From: Candidatus Dojkabacteria bacterium
GTDB lineage: Bacteria > Patescibacteriota > Dojkabacteria > J137
Assembly (NCBI GenBank): GCA_030950485.1
Contig: JAUZRK010000003.1
Span: 20,228 to 84,227, forward strand
Length of the DNA stretch: 64,000 nucleotides
Direction: 5' to 3'
Shown: piece after piece, positions 38,347 through 48,902 of the stretch
How positions within the stretch are numbered: position 1 is the first letter of the stretch
How the letters are laid out: every line of letters begins with the position of its first letter
Program-made: the position numbers and the translations under genes
Notes under the pieces: generated by a model
The model's input: the letters and a program-made list of their open reading frames with translations, nothing else
Told to the model about the DNA's origin: nothing
Database searches by the model: none

Positions 38347-40136
38347 TTAAATTATTGATTTCGCAGCTGAGAAAATTGCATAAGGTACTCTAGCTGGAGA
38401 AATGCTTATGCTGTCGACTTTAGCTTTATTTACTAAAAAGTCTATAGAATCATTCTCTGAAGTCTGTTCTCCACAAACACTAATATGGATACTAGGATTT
38501 GCTTTTCTCGCCTTTTTGACTACATCTAATATTAATTGCCTACTCCCTCAATATCTAATGATACAAATGGATTCTTAGAAATTATTCTTTTTTCTTTATA
38601 AAAGTCTAAGAAGTTAGCAGTATCATCTCTAGATAACCCAAAGGTTGTCTATGTAAGATCATTAGTACCAAAACTAATAAAATCAACCTCTTTTGCTATT
38701 TCACTCGCTAATATTGCAGCACGTGGAGTTTCAACCATTGCTCCAAATCTAAATTTATCAAGCTCAATGTACTTATTTACTTCAACTTTAAATAATCTAA
38801 GTTCAGCAGTATCTGAAATTAATGGTGCCTCTATTACAATCTTAGGAGTTTTAATTTTATTCTTTTGTAATTTTGATATGGCCTTATTTATAGCTTTAGT
38901 TTGAATCTCTATAATTTCTGGTCTTTTTAATAACATTCTTATTCCTCTAAATCCTAACATAGGATTTTGCTCGTGCATGAATTCAATCTTAGATTTAAGA
39001 GAATTTACAGAAATACCTAATTTTTTTGATAATAATTTAACCTCGCTTTCGCCTTTTGGTATGAATTCATGTAAAGGTGCGTCTAAGAATCTTACTACAA
39101 CATCTTTACCCTCAAGCAGTTTAAAGATTGAATAGAAGTCCTTAGATTGACTACTTATTATTCGCTCCTTTAGTTCTTTAGAAGTTTCTTCACTAAAGAT
39201 AAGTTCCCTAATTAAATTTGCATTATCTCCCGTAAACATATGCTCCGTTCTTAACAAACCTATTCCTTCAGCCCTATATTGCAGTGCTGTTTTAATTTGA
39301 TCGCTTGTATCTGAATTTGATAAGACTTTAATAGTTTTATTTTTAACGGAAATATCAATAAATCTAGAAATAAATTTCTTATCTATTGCACTTGTTAATT
39401 TTGCCTTTCCTAAATATATTGTAGAAAGAGAGGTATCTATTGTTATAGTTTCTCCCTCGTATTTTTTAATAGATTCAAAATCTACATTTGTAAGAGTAGG
39501 TACTCCGAGTCCTTTAGCAACTACGGCAGCGTGTGATGTTATTCCTGCGGAGTTTAGTAGTAATCCCTTAACTTTACCAAAAACTTTAAGATCTTCAGCG
39601 GATACTTCCTTTAAAAACCAAATTGCATCTTGTTTCTGCTTTAATAAGCTAAGTGTATTTTCTTTACTTGTTGATAGAATCCCACTTACTGCACCTGTTG
39701 ATATTTCATCTGCTGTAGTTATTTTTTTAAGTTCTTTTGCATTAGAAATTTTTTTAACAAAGAAATCTTTATATATATCTAGTGTTGTTAGGTTTAATAA
39801 GTCTGTTTCAGTTATTAGCTTACTATCTAAATATTCAAAATATGTATTTCCGAATTCTTTCGTAGATAATTTTGCTTTCTTCTTGATTATTATTTTATAT
39901 TCTAAATTCTTGAAATTTATTAATATTAAAAATTCAATAAGAGATTTTTCTTTATACTCTTCTTCCTTTAGTAGTCCAACAATTATATTTTTAAGCTCAG
40001 TAGGAATAGAATTAAAGCTATATACTTTATCATCATTAAACGACAGTAGATTTGCTCTAGGTTCAACTTTACCCGTAAGTGTATCTCGAGAGAAAACTGA
40101 TCCGAAGTGTGTATAATCTATGTTATTTTTCGTCAT
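38347..40136 (-). pseudogene. PEP-utilising enzyme (pyruvate phosphate dikinase-like His + TIM-barrel domains) lacking the N-terminal nucleotide-binding domain; in-frame TAG plus a 1-nt frameshift in the C-terminal region
   Basis: Phospho-His domain GITSHAAVVAKGLGVPTLTNV, PEP-binding GLLRTEHMF and FISFGTNDLT-TAG-TTFGLSRDD (Gln codon replaced by amber). The reading frame shifts after ..DIEGVG, then continues ..SVCGEQTSE...ISPARVPYAIFSAAKSII. The N-terminal ~180 aa are unrelated to the PPDK ATP-grasp domain. Confidence 0.6.
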
Positions 40137-40197
40137 TAACTATGTTATGATTGAGTGATTTTATCACGATAGTATTTATCTTGAAATCTAAAAATAA

Positions 40198-40953
40198 ATG
40201 ATCAAACCAACAGAAAAAAAAGGGACTTTTATGAGCTTTCTTGATCAAAGAGGGCTAACTGAAAAAGGAGGTAGAGAACAAAGACTTTCAGAGATAACTG
40301 AAAAAATTAGAAATACATCAAAACTAGTACTAAAGGAGTTAAATGCTTATTTCTTAAATGATCCCTCAACTGTAGTTAGTAGTAATAATTTTAATAAGAT
40401 TGATGAGATATTAGATCAGACAATAGATATATGGGAGAAATTTAACTTTCCATTCCAAGATATGGTCTATATAAGAACTGCTTGGTTTAATAAAACTATA
40501 CAATTCAATTTCCCTTTCCAGACTTTCAAAAGAGATAAAAATGTACTAAAAGAAATAAAATCTTTTTTAGATGAAAATAATCCAGATCAAATAATAATTC
40601 ATCCAAGAGTATCGGATGAATATGCTTTAGGTAATTTAACTGGTATAAGAGCGCAAAGTGAAATAGAAGAAATCAACGTTGAAATCGCAAAAGATGGAAT
40701 TACTCACATTAGAGAAATGGAAAATAAAGCAAAGTATTATACATCTGGAAAAGTATCGGAATTATTAGACTCTACTGACAAATACCTTCATAGCTTCTTA
40801 AAGATATTGAGTTTCACTACAAAAGCAGGTGACTATTACTTACGAGATATCACAAAAGATGCACATCTTTCTCCTATTTATGAAATAAAAGGATTTAAAA
40901 TAAATGGAGAAACATTTCTAATCCTATTTGATTACGAGACAGAGCTAAGTTAG
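40198..40953 (+). CDS. Hypothetical protein (251 aa)
   Basis: ORF only; no recognisable motif. Confidence 0.45.
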   Translation: MIKPTEKKGTFMSFLDQRGLTEKGGREQRLSEITEKIRNTSKLVLKELNAYFLNDPSTVVSSNNFNKIDEILDQTIDIWEKFNFPFQDMVYIRTAWFNKTIQFNFPFQTFKRDKNVLKEIKSFLDENNPDQIIIHPRVSDEYALGNLTGIRAQSEIEEINVEIAKDGITHIREMENKAKYYTSGKVSELLDSTDKYLHSFLKILSFTTKAGDYYLRDITKDAHLSPIYEIKGFKINGETFLILFDYETELS

Positions 40954-41012
40954 ATTTGAAAATCAATTGATTCTAGCTTATCATTTACCTACTAAATATT
41001 AGATCTAACACT

Positions 41013-42335
41013 ATGTCTACTTACGATAAATATCTAAACTTACTTAAACAAATTATTCAGCTTAAAAGTGTGTCTACAGATCACTCTTTTAAAGACGAAT
41101 GTGCACTAACAGCTAAATGGTTAAACGAGTTATTTAATGATAATGGATTTGAAACTAAGATTCACGAGGGATATGGAAACCCAATAGTTGTTGCAAGCTA
41201 TGTTGCAGATGAATCTTTTGAGACTTGCTTAATCTACGGTCACTATGACGTTCAGCCAGCAGAAAAAGAGGATGGATGGAATCATGATCCATTTGATGTT
41301 TATGAAGAAAATGGAAGACTATATGCAAGAGGAGTTGTAGATAATAAAGGACAAGTTCTTATTCATATCGCAAATATAATAGACTTAATTAAAGATGGTA
41401 AGTTAGCTTACAATGTAAAATTTATGATCGAAGGTGATGAAGAAACTGGATCTCCAAAGCTACCTGATTTTATAAAGGAACATAAAGCTGATCTAGCTTG
41501 TGATTTCTTCTTAATTTCGGATGGTGAGATTATTAGTGATAATCCAGTAATTGATGCAGGGTTTCGTGGAGGTGCTAATACAAAGCTTGTAATTAAAACA
41601 GCTAGTACTGATCTTCATTCTGGATTATTCGGAGGAGTTGCTCCAAGTGCTGCACATGAAGCAGCTAAATTTGTTGCAAATCTTAAAGATTCAAACAATC
41701 AAGTTACTATTCCTGGGTTTTACGATGATGTTGATTCAATCTCTGATGAGATTCTTGAAAACAATAAAAATATTCCATTTGATATGGATGAAATAACTAA
41801 TATCACAGGTATAAAAGCTCTCAAGAATGAAGAAGGAGTAGATTACTATTCTCAAGTAGGTCTTAGACCAACAATTGAAGTAACCGGATTAGATTCTGGT
41901 TTTACTGATGAAGGTTATAGAAATAGTATTCCAGCACTTGCAACTGTTAAAGTTAATTTCAGGCTAGTTAAAAATCAGAATCCAAATGAAGTAATTGAAA
42001 AGTATAAGCAATATATTGCTTCAGTTATGCCAGAATATGTAGAATGGGATTTACAAGTTACAGATCCTTATGAAGCTTCAAAAATGAATTTAGATAATAA
42101 ATATGTACAAATAGTTAAAGATAAACTTACTAAATCATTTGGTAAGGCTCCTTACCTAGCATTTTCTGGAGGTGGATTACCAATTGTAATTCTATATCAA
42201 AAGTATTTAGGGACTGATGGAGTTTTAGCTGGTCTTGGAAATGCAGATTGTAATATGCACGGAACTAATGAGAATTATAATATCGATATTCTTAAAAAAG
42301 GATTGGAGTTTAGTAGATTGTTTTTTAGTAAATAA
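41013..42335 (+). CDS. Peptidase M20 family dipeptidase (ArgE/DapE/PepV-like)
   Basis: LIYGHYDVQPA..DGWNHDPF...RGVVDNKG, MIEGDEETGS and the dimerisation domain. Confidence 0.75.
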   Translation: MSTYDKYLNLLKQIIQLKSVSTDHSFKDECALTAKWLNELFNDNGFETKIHEGYGNPIVVASYVADESFETCLIYGHYDVQPAEKEDGWNHDPFDVYEENGRLYARGVVDNKGQVLIHIANIIDLIKDGKLAYNVKFMIEGDEETGSPKLPDFIKEHKADLACDFFLISDGEIISDNPVIDAGFRGGANTKLVIKTASTDLHSGLFGGVAPSAAHEAAKFVANLKDSNNQVTIPGFYDDVDSISDEILENNKNIPFDMDEITNITGIKALKNEEGVDYYSQVGLRPTIEVTGLDSGFTDEGYRNSIPALATVKVNFRLVKNQNPNEVIEKYKQYIASVMPEYVEWDLQVTDPYEASKMNLDNKYVQIVKDKLTKSFGKAPYLAFSGGGLPIVILYQKYLGTDGVLAGLGNADCNMHGTNENYNIDILKKGLEFSRLFFSK

Positions 42336-42343
42336 TAATAAAT

Positions 42344-42380
42344 AAGGGCTGGTTTTCAAAACCAGCCCTTTAAAATTTTT
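42344..42380 (+). terminator. Rho-independent terminator after the M20 peptidase gene
   Basis: aagggctgg-ttttcaaaa-ccagccctt followed by taaaatttttgttt. Confidence 0.75.
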
Positions 42381-42397
42381 GTTTAAACCAAACAAAT

Positions 42398-42652
42398 TTA
42401 ATACCCTACCCCCTTATCTCTCATCCATTTCAACCCTAAATAAATAGGAACTACTAAGAAAAAACCTATAATCAAAGTATTAAATATTCGAAGCATAAAT
42501 TCTCCAAATCCAGAACTATCTCCTAAATCAAATGGATAACCATATCCATAAGAACCTTTGAACATATTTACAACTAGAAAATTCCAAAACACAGAAAATA
42601 AAAATGAAATAATTGCTGCAAAACTACCGTATTGTTTTTTCTCTGGATCCAT
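42398..42652 (-). CDS. Small two-TM membrane protein (84 aa)
   Basis: Two hydrophobic helices; no motif. Confidence 0.4.
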   Translation of the reverse strand: MDPEKKQYGSFAAIISFLFSVFWNFLVVNMFKGSYGYGYPFDLGDSSGFGEFMLRIFNTLIIGFFLVVPIYLGLKWMRDKGVGY

Positions 42653-42703
42653 AAAATATCATTAATCAATTTAATTATCTGTACTAAATCTTACACTATT
42701 TAT

Positions 42704-44077
42704 TTATTCATTATCAAGATTATCATTACATAATTCTTTTATCTCATTCCAAGTTTTCTTTGTTGTAATATCCCAATCATACTTTTTAGAAACAATTTCT
42801 CCTTTCTTAATTACTTCATTCTTAGCATCTTCATCAGTCAAAAATTTAATTATTGCCTTCGATGTCTTTTCAATTTTAGTTGTATCAACTAAAAACGCCC
42901 CTCCATCTGTAATTTCTGGCAAACAAGATCTATTAGCAACAATTGATGGAATTCCAGCCTTCATAGCTTGAATAGGTCCAAATCCAAATCCTTCATAGTC
43001 AGATAGATAAATATATCCATCTGCTTTCATTAATGCAGTTACCAATTCTTCATCTGAAATAAATCCAGCTGCAACAATATTGTCTAAAACTCCTAATTTC
43101 TTAGCTTTACGAATAAATGATTTACCTAAATTATTTCTTCCTGTTATTTCTTTTCCTACACCAGGAGTTAAAGAACTTCCTGTAACGACTAAAAACTCAG
43201 GCAATTCTTTTTTCGATGAGTCAGAGATATTCTTAAAGATAGATAAAAGTCCATCTATTCCTTTATTCACTTCTAGACCAGAATCATAAAGAAGATAAGT
43301 CCTATGTCTTAAATTATATCTTTCAAGAGTTGCATTTATCATTGAAAGTTCTTCATCATACTTATCTTTTTCAAAAATTTCGTCTACTCCTAGATATATT
43401 GTTCTAATTCTATTATTTGGAACTTTTCCGTATGTAATTAAGTCATTCTTTGAAAAATTAGATGCAGTTAGAACTAGATCAGCTTTTTGTACACCTTCAA
43501 ACATAAAGTTATAAAACTTCTTCTTAATATAGTTTTGAATAAATCCCTTTTCTGAATATTTATCAAAAACTAATGGAATTACATCATGAGCTACAACTAC
43601 AGTTTTTGGCACTGTAACCAAGTTCTTTCTGAACCTTGGAACGCTTGGAAGTCCTCTTTCAAAATGAACAGCATAATAAATCTCTGGACTAATTGCATCA
43701 ATTATCTTATCGTAAGTTTTATCCCATCTAAAAATATTCTTTATATTTGATGGATATGCTTTTCCTAAGGAGTGGAAGATCAGTTTTTCGGAAATTTCAT
43801 TGATTGAAAGTTTAGAGTACTTTAGCTCATATAAATTTTTTTCTAAATCATCAAACCCAATTAAATGTATTTCCCATCCTCCTTCATTTAAAATCATTCT
43901 AAGCAGTCTTCTTATAATTTCTTTCCCATATCTACCAATACCTCTACCACTATACTGATCAAGTAAAAATGTTAAATCAATTAATATTTTACGCAAGGGC
44001 ACATCTGAATCTGACATTTTATATTTATAACTACTGGAATTATACTTCAAAAGTACTAATATTGATAATTTGAACAA
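42704..44077 (-). CDS. GT4-family glycosyltransferase (true start probably the internal MSDSDVPLRK...)
   Basis: C-terminal GT-B block EGFGFGPIQAMKAGIPSIVANRSCLPEIT (E-x7-E-like motif). Confidence 0.7.
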   Translation of the reverse strand: MFKLSILVLLKYNSSSYKYKMSDSDVPLRKILIDLTFLLDQYSGRGIGRYGKEIIRRLLRMILNEGGWEIHLIGFDDLEKNLYELKYSKLSINEISEKLIFHSLGKAYPSNIKNIFRWDKTYDKIIDAISPEIYYAVHFERGLPSVPRFRKNLVTVPKTVVVAHDVIPLVFDKYSEKGFIQNYIKKKFYNFMFEGVQKADLVLTASNFSKNDLITYGKVPNNRIRTIYLGVDEIFEKDKYDEELSMINATLERYNLRHRTYLLYDSGLEVNKGIDGLLSIFKNISDSSKKELPEFLVVTGSSLTPGVGKEITGRNNLGKSFIRKAKKLGVLDNIVAAGFISDEELVTALMKADGYIYLSDYEGFGFGPIQAMKAGIPSIVANRSCLPEITDGGAFLVDTTKIEKTSKAIIKFLTDEDAKNEVIKKGEIVSKKYDWDITTKKTWNEIKELCNDNLDNE

Positions 44078-44090
44078 TAGATAGAATCTA

Positions 44091-46478
44091 TTAAAATGGA
44101 GATTTATTTATTAAATCAAGAATGAAATCTAACTCAGTATTAAAATTTTCCACTGTAATACTACCGTTATTATATGTAAGAACCTTATCTCTATCTAAAG
44201 TAAATGAAGTTGAATGGGTTTTCCCATTGTCATTTATATTAATAAAATATTCTTCGCCCCATGATTTACCTGGATGTTTTTGAATTAACATTCTATAAAC
44301 TCTACCATTATCAATATAATTTAACTCATCTGGAAGGTCATAACTTACCTCTAGTGATTTTTCAATAATTGGATCATCTTCAGTTAATCTTCGATGGTCA
44401 AACCTAACTACATTCTCGCTAATCTGTTTATTTACAACTTCATCAAAGTAATCATATGGTTCATAGTAATGAGCCCCAGAAGCTTTATAACCTGTTGAGT
44501 CAAAATTCTCTGATCCATCAGGTGTAAAAAATCTAACCCAGGCTCTATATACGAACTTACCAGTTTTATCATATTGTAATTCTAATTCATCTTCGTAAAC
44601 TTTATCTTGTACCCAATCAACCTCAATATCCTTTGATATGTTACCTGATGAATCAATATTTATATTTTGAGTTACAGAGTCTCTTAAGTACTTATTTATC
44701 TTCAAAGAACAGTTTTGTGCCTCACTGAAATGGAAATAATCACCGTTAAATATTTGCTCTATTCTCCCATCCATTCCGTATGTATCGAAATAGTTTTGTA
44801 AAGCTACGTCGTCAGAAATTAATGCTAAATCCTTTGCATAAAAGCTTTGGATTAGTATTTCAACTAAATCTAGCCCTTCATCCACTTCTAATTCAGCTGC
44901 TCTATTACCTATAGCACTAGCAATATCTTCAATGATTTGCTTTCTCTCGCTGCTAAAGGCTTTCTCAGGATCATCTGTATCTTGTTTAATAAAATCAAAT
45001 AGTGTCTCGGCGTTAACTGTACCAAATCCTTCAACTTCAAGTGGTTGTAAAACTTCTAATAGGTTTTCTGCAAAAGAAAAGTTACCAACAATTATATGAT
45101 CGTATGGAGGAAATTCTTCTGGATAATATAAATTTGCAAGATCATAATAATCTGAAAATATTTGTGCTGTTAGATTTAGATCCGGATAAAGTCCTACGTC
45201 CTGAGCTCTTAAAATAGTTGCCCCACAACTATTATTAAAACTATTCATAAGATATGACTGTCCGTAAATATTTTGATAGTATCCAGAGTAAGGACTCACG
45301 TAAGGTGGGATTTCCTCTAATTCATAAAAATTATCAGGACCAGTATCAACTCCAACACTAAATCTATTAAAATTTTCTAAGTTCCAAGTATCTGTTAGAG
45401 ACACGTTATCAACTTCACCATCTGTTATTGAAAGTGTTCCATAAACCGTAATTAACCCTCCTGATGACCTCATCTCTGCTTCATTTTGAAGAATTAATAA
45501 ATAAGTGACTGTCTCTTTAGAACCAATAAGGTTAGGTACCTCTCTTAAGAATTCAGCAGTTTCTCTAGATGTATTTGGGAAATCTCTAGCAATGTCTTGT
45601 AAGTCTATTAACATACCTTTTGCTTTTATGTTTCTTATGTTTGGTACATAAGTCGGATCTACAAGCTCAAGTTCTTTTACTATATCAAGTATGTCAGGCT
45701 CTAATCTTTCATATAAATCGATGTATTCATCTAGATCAGACATTATTAGGTTTATTGAATTTTCTTCTTTATTTTCAGCTAATAAAGAATCATCTGTACC
45801 TCCTGTAAATGTAGTGAATTCTGGCTCGCTATTAATTATCAATGGTTGAGAAGGATCTGTTCTAAAGCCAGATGCAGCAAGTAAATCAATAAGCTGTGGC
45901 ATTGCATCATCTATAAGTAAATTTGATTTAATTATAATGCTATTAGCTACTTCTAAATTATTGTAATAGCCTTCTGTAAAGGAAAGTGTCTTTAAAAAGC
46001 TAAAATTTTCCAATTCACCATTAATAGTATCCATTTCCGATTGGATTATATCTATCTGTTCATTTAATCGACTTACATCTTTATTTGCAAAATCAGTCTG
46101 AATTTGATTTAAAGTAACTTTAATATTACTTGCTGATGCTTTTATCCTTAATAAAGGTGAAATGATATTAATGTAAGAAAATATACCTACTACAACTAAA
46201 ACAAGTCCTAGGATTGTAAATATTTTTTTAAAGTTTCGTTTATTCTTTGTTTTTAATGTCTTTTTGGGTGTTTTTTTAGATCTCTGATTAACAGATTTTT
46301 TTTCTTCTTTCTGACTATTCTGAAATGAAAGTCTATCAATTTTCTTTTTTTTTGAAGCTTTAGTTTTATCTCCTATCTTTATCTTACGATCACTTTCAGA
46401 CGTAACCCTTTCCATAGAGACATCATTTCCTTTAGCTATATTTTTCTTTTCTTCCTTTGTTAGAAACATAATACTCAC
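44091..46478 (-). CDS. Large membrane-anchored protein (795 aa): Lys-rich cytoplasmic N-terminus, single TM, large extracytoplasmic domain
   Basis: N-terminus extremely K-rich (KKKKIDRLSFQNSQKEEKK...KTKNKRNFKK), then TM FTILGLVLVVVGIFSYINIISPL; start codon 14 nt downstream of the GT4 gene stop. Confidence 0.5.
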   Translation of the reverse strand: MSIMFLTKEEKKNIAKGNDVSMERVTSESDRKIKIGDKTKASKKKKIDRLSFQNSQKEEKKSVNQRSKKTPKKTLKTKNKRNFKKIFTILGLVLVVVGIFSYINIISPLLRIKASASNIKVTLNQIQTDFANKDVSRLNEQIDIIQSEMDTINGELENFSFLKTLSFTEGYYNNLEVANSIIIKSNLLIDDAMPQLIDLLAASGFRTDPSQPLIINSEPEFTTFTGGTDDSLLAENKEENSINLIMSDLDEYIDLYERLEPDILDIVKELELVDPTYVPNIRNIKAKGMLIDLQDIARDFPNTSRETAEFLREVPNLIGSKETVTYLLILQNEAEMRSSGGLITVYGTLSITDGEVDNVSLTDTWNLENFNRFSVGVDTGPDNFYELEEIPPYVSPYSGYYQNIYGQSYLMNSFNNSCGATILRAQDVGLYPDLNLTAQIFSDYYDLANLYYPEEFPPYDHIIVGNFSFAENLLEVLQPLEVEGFGTVNAETLFDFIKQDTDDPEKAFSSERKQIIEDIASAIGNRAAELEVDEGLDLVEILIQSFYAKDLALISDDVALQNYFDTYGMDGRIEQIFNGDYFHFSEAQNCSLKINKYLRDSVTQNINIDSSGNISKDIEVDWVQDKVYEDELELQYDKTGKFVYRAWVRFFTPDGSENFDSTGYKASGAHYYEPYDYFDEVVNKQISENVVRFDHRRLTEDDPIIEKSLEVSYDLPDELNYIDNGRVYRMLIQKHPGKSWGEEYFININDNGKTHSTSFTLDRDKVLTYNNGSITVENFNTELDFILDLINKSPF

Positions 46479-46525
46479 AGAGCCTTAATAGTATATCAGA
46501 AATTTATTTCTTTAAAATGATATAT

Positions 46526-46975
46526 TTAATCTCTAAAATTAATCCCCTCTATTTCTTTAATTTTATTGAATCTTCTACCGTGTCTAGAGTCCATTCCTGT
46601 AAATTCTGTATTTAAAAAAGAATTTACAATTTTTAGTGGATCCTCTCCTTCATAATCAGCATCAAGACAAAGTATATTGGCATTATCATCTCTTCTAGCC
46701 ATCTCTGAATGATGTGATGTAAAACACAATGCTGCGTAACAACCTTTAAATTTATTTGCAGTCATTACCATTCCATTCCCAGATCTACAAATTAAAATTC
46801 CGAGTGCATCACTTTCATTCATTACTTTTTCAGCAACTAACTTAGCAAAGTCTGGATAATCATCTTTAGTATCCAGCTCATATGGACCTAAATCTACAAT
46901 ATTTTGTTCTATAGCTTCTACCAATTCATTTTTCAACGAAAATCCACCATGATCAGAAGCGATATAAATAGTCAT
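46526..46975 (-). CDS. rpiB: Ribose-5-phosphate isomerase B (RpiB/LacAB family)
   Basis: MTIYIASDHGG...ICRSGNGMVMTANKFKGCYAALC matches the RpiB fold motifs. Confidence 0.8.
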   Translation of the reverse strand: MTIYIASDHGGFSLKNELVEAIEQNIVDLGPYELDTKDDYPDFAKLVAEKVMNESDALGILICRSGNGMVMTANKFKGCYAALCFTSHHSEMARRDDNANILCLDADYEGEDPLKIVNSFLNTEFTGMDSRHGRRFNKIKEIEGINFRD

Positions 46976-47140
46976 ACTCTTTATATTAAATTTTATTTAA
47001 ATCATTCTAATGTTAGATGTAGCAATTTGCAATTTACTAGTAAAGAAAGAAAATTAAAAGCAGTTTTAACTAACCTTGAAATTAACTTAATAACGTAGAT
47101 ATTCTCGATTTATGCTTCTATTTTAAACTTTCTTTTTTCA

Positions 47141-48895
47141 GTGGATGCTAAAATAAATATAAGATTAAAGCTTAAATTGTTTATGTCAGATATTGAGGTT
47201 ATAAAATCAAGGCTTGATATAGTAGAGGTTATATCTAAATACGTAGAGCTAAAACCATCTGGTAGTAACTATAAGGGACTCAGTCCATTTAAAACTGAAA
47301 AGACTCCATCTTTTATGGTTAGTCCGCAGCTTCAAATATTTAAAGATTTTAGTAGTGGAATTGGTGGTGATGCCATTAAATTTCTAATGGAATTTGAAAA
47401 ACTTAGTTTTAGAGAAGCACTCGAAAAGGCTGCCGAAATGGCAGGGGTAGAATTAACAAATAACTATAACAGTAAGGATACTGAAAAAGAAAAACTGAAA
47501 AAGCGAATAATTGAAGCTAATGCACTTACAACTCAATTTTATCAATACATTCTTAAACAACATAAATCTGGAAAGCCAGGCCGTGATTATGCATCTGAAA
47601 GAAATATTGGAAGTAGCGAAATTGAGAAGTTCTTATTTGGATATGCACCATCAAGTTACTATAATCTTAAAACTTTTTTAAAAAAGAAAGGATATGAAGA
47701 AAAAGAGTTAATTGAGTTTGGTTTACTTGTAGAACGAAATAATGATGTAATTGATAAGTTTAGAAATAGGTTAATGCAACCGATTAGAGATTTAAACGGT
47801 CATATTCTAGGTTTTAGTGGTAGATATATTGGTGACTATGAAAATGCGCCGAAATATTTAAACTCACCTGCAACTGAGGTCTATGATAAAAAATCTATTT
47901 TATACGGAATGTATGAAGGTAGTAGTGCAATTAGAAAAAGTGATTTTGCAATTATAGTTGAAGGAAATATAGATCCAGTTTCATCTCATAGAGTTGGTAT
48001 AGAAAATATAGTAGCTCCATTTGGAACTTCATTTACCCCTGGTCAAGCAAAACTATTGAAAAGATTTACTGATATGGTTTACTTTTCATTTGATACCGAT
48101 GAGGCTGGAGTAAATGGATTAATAAGAGCAATAAAAATCGCCGAAGATTTTGAATTTAAACATAAAGTTTTAGATCTAGGAAAATATAAAGATGCTGATG
48201 ATCTAATAAATTCAGAACCTGAACTTTGGGAGAAGACTATTAGCAATGCAATCAATTCAGTTGAATATTTAGTTAAACTTTTTTCAGAAAAAGAAGATTT
48301 GGGAAGTATAGACGGGAAAAGACAGTTACAATCTAGAATATTACCTGTTTTGAAACTAATAAAAAAAAGATTAGATATTAAACATTATATTAAGCAAGTA
48401 GCTCTATTATTAGAATTATCTACTGATGATGTAGAAAAACTGATTTCAAATGAAAAGACTTATATCCCAAGACCTAAGGAATTACATGATGATGAGATAA
48501 TAAAAAAAGAAAAGGAAGAATTTATGTTATATAAACATTTTCTAGCATTAATAGTTCAGTCAGAAAATGTCGATACTACACAGTTTAATCCGGATATTTT
48601 TCAAGACGAAACACAAAAAGAGCTTTTTGAAATAATTCAACAAACTGATAATAAAATAACTAATGAAATTCTAGGAAGTTTAAGCGACGAAGTTATAAAG
48701 TTATACAGCGATGTAAGCTTAATAGATACTTCTACTAATGCAGATGCAAATACTATAGAAAATTTATATAAGCGTCTATATAAGGAATATTTAAATAAAA
48801 AACTTTTGAAGTTACGAATAGAGCTTTCTGTTAGTTCAGATGAATCTCTTTTGGAAAAAATTACTGAGATAACTAATGAATTAAAAAAGATTTAG
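47141..48895 (+). CDS. dnaG: DNA primase DnaG with a degenerate (zinc-ligand-less) N-terminal zinc-binding domain
   Basis: ZBD block GLSPFKTEKTPSFMVSPQLQIFKDFSSGIGGDAIKFL aligns to CPFH.EKTPSF.V....FHCFGCG..GD.I.F with C/H/C/C replaced by S/K/D/S. TOPRIM motifs EGNIDPVSSH...APFGTS and FSFDTDEAG are intact. Confidence 0.85.
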   Translation: MDAKINIRLKLKLFMSDIEVIKSRLDIVEVISKYVELKPSGSNYKGLSPFKTEKTPSFMVSPQLQIFKDFSSGIGGDAIKFLMEFEKLSFREALEKAAEMAGVELTNNYNSKDTEKEKLKKRIIEANALTTQFYQYILKQHKSGKPGRDYASERNIGSSEIEKFLFGYAPSSYYNLKTFLKKKGYEEKELIEFGLLVERNNDVIDKFRNRLMQPIRDLNGHILGFSGRYIGDYENAPKYLNSPATEVYDKKSILYGMYEGSSAIRKSDFAIIVEGNIDPVSSHRVGIENIVAPFGTSFTPGQAKLLKRFTDMVYFSFDTDEAGVNGLIRAIKIAEDFEFKHKVLDLGKYKDADDLINSEPELWEKTISNAINSVEYLVKLFSEKEDLGSIDGKRQLQSRILPVLKLIKKRLDIKHYIKQVALLLELSTDDVEKLISNEKTYIPRPKELHDDEIIKKEKEEFMLYKHFLALIVQSENVDTTQFNPDIFQDETQKELFEIIQQTDNKITNEILGSLSDEVIKLYSDVSLIDTSTNADANTIENLYKRLYKEYLNKKLLKLRIELSVSSDESLLEKITEITNELKKI

Positions 48896-48902
48896 TAGAA
48901 GA

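Noticed and set aside
38649-38651. In-frame TAG in the PPDK-like gene as evidence of amber-to-Gln reassignment
   Set aside because: L3 and the 1115-aa gene terminate with TAG at sensible ends, and a frameshift occurs 100 nt away in the same gene. A local lesion is far more likely.
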